64,000 nucleotides of DNA, taken from NCBI GenBank assembly GCA_043732185.1, contig JAYTHY010000066.1, positions 22,867 through 86,866 of the forward strand, in the 5' to 3' direction. The stretch is from Fibrobacteria bacterium (lineage in GTDB: Bacteria; Fibrobacterota; Fibrobacteria; UBA11236). Positions within the stretch are counted from its first letter, which is position 1. Each line of letters starts with the position of its first letter. Shown here in pieces: positions 19,647 to 27,737 of this stretch. The position numbers were made by a program, and so were the translations under genes. A model generated the notes under the pieces. That model was not told the DNA's origin, did no database searches, and saw nothing but the letters and a program-made list of their open reading frames with translations.

Positions 19647-20489
19647 TTGCCCTACCGGCTTCTGTACATCCTTCCTAAAAACATCCTTAGCCATATTGTG
19701 GGCAGTGTAGCGCATTCGGCGCTGCCTTTTGGACTCCATAGACATCTTAAAAACTGGTTTATCCGTCATTTCCGAGTAGAGGTTGCAGAGTCTGAACACG
19801 CTTTAGATCAGTACGCTACCCTAGGCGATTTCTTTAAAAGGCGATTAAAACCTGGTGCGCGTCCCATAGATACGACGGAAGTGGTTTCGCCCGTTGATGG
19901 AACACTGACTCAAGGTGGTCGCTTCCAAAGTAAAGTCCCTCGCCTAACGCAAATTAAAGATTTGCAATATAGTTTGCAGGAATTGGTTGGACCCAGCTGG
20001 AATTTGGAAGACTATCTTTCCGGTGGCTTTTTGACCATTTATCTGGCACCCTACAACTATCATCGGATTCATTCCCCTATTGACGGCCAGGTCAATCAGG
20101 TTGCCTACATTCCCGGTGCGCTCTGGCCAGTAAACACCTGGAGCGTGAACCATATTCCTGGACTGTTCGTAGTCAACGAAAGATTAATTGTCGAAGTAGA
20201 AGGCGCGATAGGCAAAGCCTTGGTTGTGATGGTGGGGGCCACCAATGTTGGCCGAATCACCTTAGATTTTCATGCAGATATTATCGGAAATGCCTGGCCA
20301 CAAAGTCGCGATAAAGTGTGGCGACCCCAAGGTCCATTACCGATTGGCAAAGGCGAGGGGTTAGGTTGTTTTGAATTGGGATCGACTGTAGTTGTCATCC
20401 TATCCAGTCAGCTGGCGGACAAAGTGGACCCTGCTCTCTTGAAACCTGGTAATCGCATCATGCGAATGGGCCAGAGGCTTACCCCTTGA
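19647..20489 (+). CDS. psd: Phosphatidylserine decarboxylase proenzyme
   Basis: Motifs FFKRRLKPGARPI, SPVDG, YLAPYNYHRIHSP, VGATNVG and FELGST (autocleavage). Confidence 0.95.
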   Translation: MPYRLLYILPKNILSHIVGSVAHSALPFGLHRHLKNWFIRHFRVEVAESEHALDQYATLGDFFKRRLKPGARPIDTTEVVSPVDGTLTQGGRFQSKVPRLTQIKDLQYSLQELVGPSWNLEDYLSGGFLTIYLAPYNYHRIHSPIDGQVNQVAYIPGALWPVNTWSVNHIPGLFVVNERLIVEVEGAIGKALVVMVGATNVGRITLDFHADIIGNAWPQSRDKVWRPQGPLPIGKGEGLGCFELGSTVVVILSSQLADKVDPALLKPGNRIMRMGQRLTP

Positions 20490-21358
20490 ACTGGGTGGAA
20501 CGCAACCCTAAGCAGATTGAATCCCTTCGTACTTTCATTTCGGAATTCCAAAGCGTAAAGCCCGGGGTCCTGTCCCATTTCCAGGGTGGGTCCGGAAAAA
20601 TTCTTTTTCCCATGCCACCGGAATCCGATCGCGGTGTGGCTTTACTCCTGTGCTTTTGTGCCTTACATCAAAACATCAGCGAGATGCGCGTCATCCAGCT
20701 ACTGGCGCATTTGTGGGATGCCTATGGTACCGACCTCTTTAAACTAAATCGAATGCCTTTTCAAGATTTGCAAAATAAGTTGCAAGACTTTAAGGGGCTG
20801 GATGATTGGGATCTTTTGACCAAGGTTCCCGGAATTTTACGGAGTGTCTGCGATTTTTTTTATCAACACGGGGCTTTGGTGCCATGGGTACATTCCGTAG
20901 GCGATGCGGAAGCCAGTGTTCAAATTTTGGCCGAGGAGATTTTTATGATGGGAAAATCTTCCCAGTTTAAAAGTAAGCCACGGTATTTTATGTGGTTGCT
21001 GACCCAAATTCCAGGGGCTCAGCCGGAAAAATTTTGGAACGATGAAATGAAGCTACCCATTACTTCTGGACATATCCGATTGTTGAGGGAATTCGGTCCT
21101 TTGAAAAATAAACGGAATTCACCTTGGATAACGGCTGAAGAGAAACTCAGCTACTGCAATCGATTTTACTGCATGTTGTTCCCTGGAAAATCATGGATGA
21201 TTTATACGGCTATGGACGCCTACTTGAAAGCAACCGCTCCAATGGTCAATGCGTTGGCTTCCAATTCCCAGGATAAAATGTGGCGTTGTCGGCAAGTTTT
21301 AAACGGTTGCATAAATTGCATTCTGGCGCCCGAATGTCCGGGTCGTGAGGACGTATGA
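20486..21358 (+). CDS. Hypothetical protein with C-terminal endonuclease III-type 4-Cys Fe-S motif (HhH-GPD/DUF2400-like)
   Basis: C-terminus CRQVLNGCINCILAPEC is exactly C-X6-C-X2-C-X5-C. The body looks all-helical. Confidence 0.55.
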   Translation: MNWVERNPKQIESLRTFISEFQSVKPGVLSHFQGGSGKILFPMPPESDRGVALLLCFCALHQNISEMRVIQLLAHLWDAYGTDLFKLNRMPFQDLQNKLQDFKGLDDWDLLTKVPGILRSVCDFFYQHGALVPWVHSVGDAEASVQILAEEIFMMGKSSQFKSKPRYFMWLLTQIPGAQPEKFWNDEMKLPITSGHIRLLREFGPLKNKRNSPWITAEEKLSYCNRFYCMLFPGKSWMIYTAMDAYLKATAPMVNALASNSQDKMWRCRQVLNGCINCILAPECPGREDV

Positions 21359-22245
21359 AATCCTATTCGATTTTCACCTGTTCGATTTTTTGGTTTGTAA
21401 TTTCATTTTTTTTCGGTTGCCAATTTTCAAAAGACGAGGACATTTCCCTGTCGCCCATCGCCAACCGGGTATCGTGGAAAAATCTTCCGGCAACGAGCTA
21501 TTCCGTAGACTCCTTGCCTAAGCAAAATGAATCATCCGACTCGACATTCCATTTCGCCTCAACCCGCAGCCACAAATTTGAATTTGCAGGCACCGATACC
21601 GTGCATTTGGTTTTACATGAATTTGACCAAGAGTTTTCAGCCTATGCAGCCTTTACTGAAAACGCGAGTGAAAGGGACATGGAGCAGGGATACTTCCAAA
21701 ATGGCAATCGACTTATTTTTTACCATGGCCGCTACTTGGGCGAATTTCGTGAAACTGGATTTAAATTGATTCCAAGTCGTTTTTTGCAAAACGTGCTTGA
21801 CTTTCAAGGCGAGGAACTCTTTTTGAAACCCAATCAATTTCAATCCTTTCCAATACTTGGCAGAATTGCAAAAAGTGAAAGGGTGATTCTTCAACATTTT
21901 ATGGGAAAAAATTGGATCGGTCCTGTATTTACAGTTCAATACCATTGCAATGAGGATACGGCGACTTTATTTCGAGGTTTTCCGCAGGGGCCAGGATATC
22001 GAGCAGATCAGTTTTCTGACTGGAATGGAAAATTGGATACACTCTCCAAAGCAGGAGATATTCACTTTAGCGGGCAAAACGGTGTACATGAGCCTTTGCT
22101 TTTTTGGGGTTTTAGCACAGGTATATTCGGGGTAATCGGTTGTTACGACCCAGAAATGGCCCTTGCCTATGCCGAAAAAATGAAAAAAATGATGATTTTT
22201 TGGAAAACACCGCGGTTTTTTGGAAAAAATGAAAGGATGAATTGA
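21355..22245 (+). CDS. Hypothetical lipoprotein
   Basis: Hydrophobic N-terminus ending in FFGC. Overlaps the previous gene by 4 nt. Confidence 0.65.
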   Translation: MKSYSIFTCSIFWFVISFFFGCQFSKDEDISLSPIANRVSWKNLPATSYSVDSLPKQNESSDSTFHFASTRSHKFEFAGTDTVHLVLHEFDQEFSAYAAFTENASERDMEQGYFQNGNRLIFYHGRYLGEFRETGFKLIPSRFLQNVLDFQGEELFLKPNQFQSFPILGRIAKSERVILQHFMGKNWIGPVFTVQYHCNEDTATLFRGFPQGPGYRADQFSDWNGKLDTLSKAGDIHFSGQNGVHEPLLFWGFSTGIFGVIGCYDPEMALAYAEKMKKMMIFWKTPRFFGKNERMN

Positions 22246-22270
22246 CATTCGCCTCTATTTGTTGCAACTT
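22242..22270 (+). promoter_or_regulatory. Putative sigma70 promoter of the Hc1-like gene
   Basis: Perfect TTGACA (22242-47), 17 nt, then a weak -10 CAACTT. Confidence 0.4.
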
Positions 22271-22321
22271 AAATGGTCAGTACGGCGGATTTTAGCCACT
22301 TTTGCTCTCGGAGGATGAACA

Positions 22322-22507
22322 ATGAGCACTATTCAAGCCTTGGAAAATGAGATTGGGTCCCTAAAGGAAGAGTTCGAGAAGTTCGAACGCGGGAATAAAT
22401 CCGCGGGCACCCGGGCCCGTAAAATTCTGCAAAACATAAAGCGAATTTCGCAAGAAATTCGTGTGACCATTCAATCGGTCAAAAAAACGGACGATACAGA
22501 AGCCTAA
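22322..22507 (+). CDS. Histone H1-like Hc1 family small protein
   Basis: 61 aa containing KFERGNKSAGTRARK…L…QEIR, the Hc1 N-terminal signature. GGAGGA RBS. Confidence 0.8.
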   Translation: MSTIQALENEIGSLKEEFEKFERGNKSAGTRARKILQNIKRISQEIRVTIQSVKKTDDTEA

Positions 22508-22532
22508 TTCCGTTTTTTTTCTGAAACTTCTC

Positions 22533-22564
22533 TGGCCTTCAAAAACCCTGCTTTTTGAAGGCCA
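22533..22564. terminator. Probable bidirectional terminator between convergent Hc1-like gene and oppC
   Basis: Perfect 13-bp inverted repeat TGGCCTTCAAAAA / TTTTTGAAGGCCA with a 6-nt loop. Confidence 0.75.
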
Positions 22565-22581
22565 AGGTAAGAATTCCGATT

Positions 22582-23469
22582 TCAGTTAATTTTAGAGGTT
22601 GGGTCAAGGGCATCCCTAAGGCTGTCTCCCAGAAAATTCATACACAAGAGACAAATCGTTAGGGTTAGACCCGGAAAAAGCAGCAGCCACCATGCCGTGT
22701 CCATATAGGCATTTCCATCAGAAATAAGCACACCCCACGTACATGAAGACACATTAAGCCCCAGAAAGCTTAAAAAGGCCTCCTGAAGAATTACGGAAGG
22801 CACCGTTAATGTGGCATAGACAATCACTACGCCCATTACGTTGGGAATGATATGCCGCAAGATGATACGAAAGCTGCCTACTCCTAGCGCTCTGGCCGCC
22901 AAGATGAACTCCTCATTTTTAAGAGCAAGAACTTGACCGCGAACAATGCGAGCTACCGTCAGCCATTGAACCAGTCCTAGAGCCAGAAAAAGGACGTAGA
23001 TATTTTTTCCGAATTGAAAAATCAAGATGATGACAAGAAACATATAGGGTAGGGAATAAAGAATGTCAACCACACGCATCATGGCTTGGTCGAGCTTTTC
23101 ATCAAAGAAACCAGAAATACATCCGTAGAACAATCCAATCACGACGCTGACCAGCGTCCCAAGAAAACCAATGGCAAGGGAAAGTTGACCGCCTTTTAAA
23201 ACACGCACAAGCAGATCTCGCCCCAAATGGTCCGTTCCCATCCAATGCCACCAACTAGGTGCAGCCAATTGATTTTCAAGAACTTGTGATTCAAAATTGG
23301 GCAGAAACCAGGGCCCGATTAAAACGGCCAATGTCATCAGCATTAGAATGGACGCTGCAGGCAGGGCTCGGCGATCTTTGCTGAGCTTGATTAAGGCTAG
23401 CCTCCAGGGAGAAGGGCTGGTAGTTTGCACCACCCTAGTTTTCACAACCGGTTCTTGAAATTGGGCCAT
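22582..23469 (-). CDS. oppC: Peptide ABC transporter permease OppC/DppC
   Basis: Motifs MGTDHLGRDLLVRV, EEFILAARALG, RHIIPN and EAFLSFLGL. Likely start ATG 23469. Confidence 0.9.
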   Translation of the reverse strand: MAQFQEPVVKTRVVQTTSPSPWRLALIKLSKDRRALPAASILMLMTLAVLIGPWFLPNFESQVLENQLAAPSWWHWMGTDHLGRDLLVRVLKGGQLSLAIGFLGTLVSVVIGLFYGCISGFFDEKLDQAMMRVVDILYSLPYMFLVIILIFQFGKNIYVLFLALGLVQWLTVARIVRGQVLALKNEEFILAARALGVGSFRIILRHIIPNVMGVVIVYATLTVPSVILQEAFLSFLGLNVSSCTWGVLISDGNAYMDTAWWLLLFPGLTLTICLLCMNFLGDSLRDALDPTSKIN

Positions 23470-23470
23470 G

Positions 23471-24385
23471 CTATTGCAACAGAATGCGGGGGTCGACAAA
23501 GGTCTGTATAATGTCGGCCACCAAGTTTAGAAAAAGCAGAAACACTGAATAGACGATGATAACGCCAAGCGCAAGAGGAAAGTCGCGTTGAAAAACCGAT
23601 TCGACAAAGTAGCGGCCGAGGCCGGGAATATTGAAAATCTTTTCCACGACCAGCGTTCCCGTGAGAACCGACGCGGTGGCCGGTGCCATAAAATTCACAA
23701 TCGGTAAAATGCTATTGCGTAAAAGGTGTTTCCACAAAATCCGCGATTCCGGTAGTCCTTTAGCGCGTGCGGTGCGGATATAGTCCTTGTTTAGGTTTTC
23801 CAAAAAGCTGCCGCGGGCAATACGCGTGATATAGGCAATATAAGTCAAACTCAAAGTGATAACCGGCAACACCAAAGCACCTGGATTCGGCCAGCCCGAT
23901 ACTGAGGTCCAATGCATCCGTAAGGCGAAAATCAGTTGCAACAATGAACCTAAAACAAAATTGGGAATCGCAATGCCGATCATGGCCATGGCCATGATGA
24001 AACTTTCAAACCAACGCCCACGGAAAAGTGCGGAAATAAGGCCCCAGGCTAGACCCGCGGCCATGGCTAAAAGCAAAGCGTAACCGCCAAGTGTCATGGA
24101 TACCGGCAAGGCTTCGGCAATGATTTCCAGTACCGAGCGGTCGCGATGGGAATAGGAATAACGGAAATCCCCATGCAGAAAAATACCTATCATGTACTGA
24201 CGATAAGTAAAGTCGTATTTGCGATGCAGTTCCGCGAGGATGGCGGGGGAAGGGCTCTTTTCGGTTTCAAACGGTTTGCCAGGCGCAGATTTCATGATCG
24301 CGTAAGAAAGGCTGATGATGACCACCAACGTGAAAACATTCAGGGCGACGCGAATGCCGATGCGTTTGAAAAAATCAAGGCGCAA
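23471..24385 (-). CDS. oppB: Peptide ABC transporter permease OppB/DppB
   Basis: Motifs APGKPF, IPNFVLG, DYIRTARAKGL, VEKIFNIPGLG and RDFP. Confidence 0.92.
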   Translation of the reverse strand: MRLDFFKRIGIRVALNVFTLVVIISLSYAIMKSAPGKPFETEKSPSPAILAELHRKYDFTYRQYMIGIFLHGDFRYSYSHRDRSVLEIIAEALPVSMTLGGYALLLAMAAGLAWGLISALFRGRWFESFIMAMAMIGIAIPNFVLGSLLQLIFALRMHWTSVSGWPNPGALVLPVITLSLTYIAYITRIARGSFLENLNKDYIRTARAKGLPESRILWKHLLRNSILPIVNFMAPATASVLTGTLVVEKIFNIPGLGRYFVESVFQRDFPLALGVIIVYSVFLLFLNLVADIIQTFVDPRILLQ

Positions 24386-25943
24386 GGTACACGTCTTTCC
24401 AAGAATACATGCCTAAAGAATTTGGAATGGCATTCTTTATGGCCGGACTCCGTAACTCCGTCAGGGCATAATAGTAGATGGGAATGATGGGCATATCTTC
24501 CATTAGGATTTTTTCGCATTCCCGTAATTTATCCAGCCTCAGTTTGGGGTCGGAAATTTTCCAGCTCGCCTTGATTCCTTCGTCATAAACTGGGTTCGCA
24601 TATCCGGTGCGATTATTGGCATTGTCGCTGGTATAAAGTTCCAGAAAGGAGATGGGATCAGGGAAATCGCCAATCCAAGAAGCCCGGGCCAAGGACGGAT
24701 AGTCCAGATTTTTGGTATTCTGGAGGTATACCTTCCATTCATAGTTCACAACTTCGGCATCCAAACCCAGGTTCTCTTTCCACATTTGTCGCACCACCTC
24801 GGCATTATCTCGATGTGATTCGGCCGTATTGAAAAGGATTTGCAAGTGGGGTGGCGGTTTACCGGGGCCATAACCGGATTTAGCAAGACATTCTTTGGCT
24901 TTAGCAGGGTTGAAAAGTTCCATTCCTAATTCCGGGTAGCTGGCAGTTGGTGGGACAAAGCTGGTGGCTGGACGATAAATGTCTTTCTGCACCCGGGCCA
25001 CAATTTTTTTCCTGTCGATTGCATAAGACAGAGCTTTACGCAATTCCTTGGAATCGTAACCGGGACTCTTGCAGTTTATGATGTAAAAGTACGTTCCGAA
25101 AAGCGTAGGATTAAAAAACTCAGGCATTTTTTTAGCCGCCTCAAGTTTGCTGGGTGGCACGCTGAAAATCCAATCGACCTCCTTCGACAGGAACATGTTA
25201 TACCCCGTCAACTGGTCTTCGACCGGTTTGAATACAATTCGCTCTTGATGGACATTTGCAGCGTCCCAGTATCGGGGATTCTTTACCACTTCCAGTGCAA
25301 CATTCCGCTGCCAGGATTTCAGTAGGAAAGGCCCATTGCATGTGATATGCGTAGGGTCCGTCCACTTTTCTTGATACTTATCGATTGTATCAATGGGAAC
25401 CGGAAAGAAAGGCTCGAATGCACAGAGATCCAGGAAAAAGGCCACGGGATCTTCCAGTTCAACTTTAAAAGTGGAATCATCGGGTGCAGAAACACCTAGT
25501 GAATCAACGGGTAACTTTTTTTCGCGAACAAGTGTCCCATTCCGGATGATTTTAAGAAGGGAGGAATACTCGCTGGCAGTTGATGGGTTTATGAACCGAC
25601 GCCAAGACCGGAGAAAGTCACGGGAGGTTAAGGGTTGCCCGTTGCTCCAGGTAAGGGGCCGCAGGTGGAAAGTATAGAATTTACCGTCCATTGAGATTTC
25701 CCAGGTACGGGCCGCACCTGGCCGCACCTCAGCACTATGGAGGCCACGCAAGACCAAACCTTCGAATATAGCGCCTACCACTCGGAGCTCAGGCTGGCCA
25801 GTGACTATATGAAGATCAAGGGAAGCGGGCTCGGCACTGTTTGCTACCACAAGAGGCCGGCTAGTGGGGGAGCCTTTTTTGTCGCATCCCCAGAGGAACG
25901 TTAGGCTAAGAAAAAGGAGGAGTAGGCGATGACTTGGCTGCAT
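24375..25943 (-). CDS. oppA: Peptide ABC transporter substrate-binding lipoprotein
   Basis: Lipobox LWGC, EPASLD, FEGLV, YTFHLR, NGPFLL, KNPRYWD, ALSYAIDR and WIGDFPDP. Likely start ATG 25943. Confidence 0.92.
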   Translation of the reverse strand: MQPSHRLLLLFLSLTFLWGCDKKGSPTSRPLVVANSAEPASLDLHIVTGQPELRVVGAIFEGLVLRGLHSAEVRPGAARTWEISMDGKFYTFHLRPLTWSNGQPLTSRDFLRSWRRFINPSTASEYSSLLKIIRNGTLVREKKLPVDSLGVSAPDDSTFKVELEDPVAFFLDLCAFEPFFPVPIDTIDKYQEKWTDPTHITCNGPFLLKSWQRNVALEVVKNPRYWDAANVHQERIVFKPVEDQLTGYNMFLSKEVDWIFSVPPSKLEAAKKMPEFFNPTLFGTYFYIINCKSPGYDSKELRKALSYAIDRKKIVARVQKDIYRPATSFVPPTASYPELGMELFNPAKAKECLAKSGYGPGKPPPHLQILFNTAESHRDNAEVVRQMWKENLGLDAEVVNYEWKVYLQNTKNLDYPSLARASWIGDFPDPISFLELYTSDNANNRTGYANPVYDEGIKASWKISDPKLRLDKLRECEKILMEDMPIIPIYYYALTELRSPAIKNAIPNSLGMYSWKDVYLAP

Positions 25944-26154
25944 TTTTATATCTTTTCTTGAATGATTGGCGCGTTCAAAAACCGAAGTCGGGTGCACGCG
26001 AGTTAGTTTTTTCCTTAGGTTTATTTAATCAATTCAGATCAGATAGAGTAGAAAAAAAAGAAATTTTTGCTGACTACTACAGGGCAGGTTACCTTGGTAC
26101 TTTTTCAACTTCACCAAATCCAATTTCAAAAAGCTACTTTATTGCGGAAACCAT

Positions 26155-26183
26155 TTGACTTGTAATGGTCTTGAGGATAACTT
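26155..26183 (+). promoter_or_regulatory. Putative sigma70 promoter of the OmpA/TPR cluster
   Basis: TTGACT (26155-60), 17-nt spacer, TAACTT (26178-83). Confidence 0.5.
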
Positions 26184-26258
26184 GCTGTTGGACGAAGAGG
26201 CCGCCTGCAAGTTCATGCGGTGGAATCAATTTTTGGGTAACAAATAGGGACATACACT

Positions 26259-27737
26259 ATGCAAAGATTTTTGTACGCGGCACTTGTGTGCGGCAGCCTA
26301 TGGGGCCTGGGTTCGGTTGAAGCCAAAACGGTTCGCGTTCCCGGTGACTTTCGGTCCATCAATGCCGGTTTGACCAGTGCCGACTATGGTGACACCGTTT
26401 TGGTGTCGCCAGGCCGGTATTATGAAAACGTGACCCTGGTTCAAGGGGTCATTTTAATGGGAACCGATCAGCTGAAGTGCATAATCGATGGCATGCGTCG
26501 AGGCCCCACCGTTTATGCGGTAACCGGTTCAGAAATCGGTCGTTTTACCATCACCAACGGTATCGATGGTATTCTCTGCGAAAACTCTTCTCCCTACATT
26601 CATCACAATTGGATTTTAGACAACCAAGGGGCCGGTATCGGCGCCTTTATTTCGCTTCCCCAGATCTACGACAATGTCATTTACGGAAACCGATGGTCGG
26701 GAGTGCTAGCCTGGGGTGCCAAGTCTTTGGACACTCGCATTGAGAATAACGTCTTAATCCGTAATGGATACTCTGGCTTCACGCTCAAGGGACCTTGCCG
26801 CCTCGTCATTCGCAATAATATCGTGATGGAAAATTTTGAATACGGAATTTATTCCGATCCAGCTTCTGGTCAATCACAAATCGTTTACAACAATATTTTC
26901 AAAAATGTAATTCCGTTCAATCGCTACACCAAAATCAATAAAACTAACGTTTCCCATGATCCCATGTTCCTGAGTCCTAGCCTGGCAGCCCCTAACTATT
27001 TTGTCGCCGCCAAATCGCCAATGGTCCGACGTGGTTATGGTCAGGTTGATATCGGCCTCATCGCAAAAGATCAGGTCGTTTCCGTGGATGGTGACCGGGA
27101 CAATGATGGAATCCTCGATTCCAAAGATGTTTGCCCCGACCTGGCTGAAGATCAAGATGGCTTTCAAGATGAGGATGGATGTCCTGATTTTGATAATGAT
27201 AATGATGGCATACAAGACAGCAAGGACAGATGCGTCAATGATCCTGAAGATAAGGATGGATTCGAGGATCAGGATGGATGTCCGGACCCGGATAATGACA
27301 AAGACGGTATTCCGGATAGCCGGGACAATTGCCCCGATGTCGCTGGTGATGCCGGACATAATGGATGCCCTTTTAAAGCGCCTGCAAAAATTGAAGATAA
27401 CTTCATACTTGAAGGTGTAAATTTCAGAACCGGTAGTGCTGAAATTACCGAGGACTCTTACTCCAAATTGGATGAGGTGTATGAACAGTTGGCCAAGTAT
27501 AACGACCGAAAATTCGAAATTGCTGGACATACCGACAATGCCGGCACGGATCGGATTAACATTAAACTGTCGTTGGATCGAGCGAATTCCGTGAGAGACT
27601 ATCTCATAAACCGTGGGATTGACGGCAGTCGATTGGTTGGCAAAGGATATGGGTCCTCGCGACCAAAGGCCGACAATAAAACCGCTGAAGGTCGAAGCGT
27701 CAATCGGCGCATCGAGTTCTACAGGATTAAGAAATGA
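26259..27737 (+). CDS. Secreted protein: right-handed beta-helix + thrombospondin type-3 (Ca-binding) repeats + OmpA-like peptidoglycan-binding domain
   Basis: Signal peptide, then VRVPGDF…GDTVLVSPGRYYEN and I.NN.I..N…GI repeats, then DNDxDGIxDxxDxCP repeats, then GVNF, IAGHTDN, LSLDRANSVRDYL, GYGS and NRRIEF. Confidence 0.9.
   Translation: MQRFLYAALVCGSLWGLGSVEAKTVRVPGDFRSINAGLTSADYGDTVLVSPGRYYENVTLVQGVILMGTDQLKCIIDGMRRGPTVYAVTGSEIGRFTITNGIDGILCENSSPYIHHNWILDNQGAGIGAFISLPQIYDNVIYGNRWSGVLAWGAKSLDTRIENNVLIRNGYSGFTLKGPCRLVIRNNIVMENFEYGIYSDPASGQSQIVYNNIFKNVIPFNRYTKINKTNVSHDPMFLSPSLAAPNYFVAAKSPMVRRGYGQVDIGLIAKDQVVSVDGDRDNDGILDSKDVCPDLAEDQDGFQDEDGCPDFDNDNDGIQDSKDRCVNDPEDKDGFEDQDGCPDPDNDKDGIPDSRDNCPDVAGDAGHNGCPFKAPAKIEDNFILEGVNFRTGSAEITEDSYSKLDEVYEQLAKYNDRKFEIAGHTDNAGTDRINIKLSLDRANSVRDYLINRGIDGSRLVGKGYGSSRPKADNKTAEGRSVNRRIEFYRIKK
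27087..27371 (+). repeat. TSP3-like Asp-rich repeats within the OmpA-family gene
   Basis: DNDGILDSKDVCP…EDQDGFQDEDGCP / DNDNDGIQDSKDRC…EDKDGFEDQDGCP / DNDKDGIPDSRDNCP. Confidence 0.85.

Noticed and set aside
27087..27371. CRISPR-like or DNA-level repeat array
   Set aside because: The repeats are degenerate, in-frame protein TSP3 repeats with no constant repeat/spacer structure.
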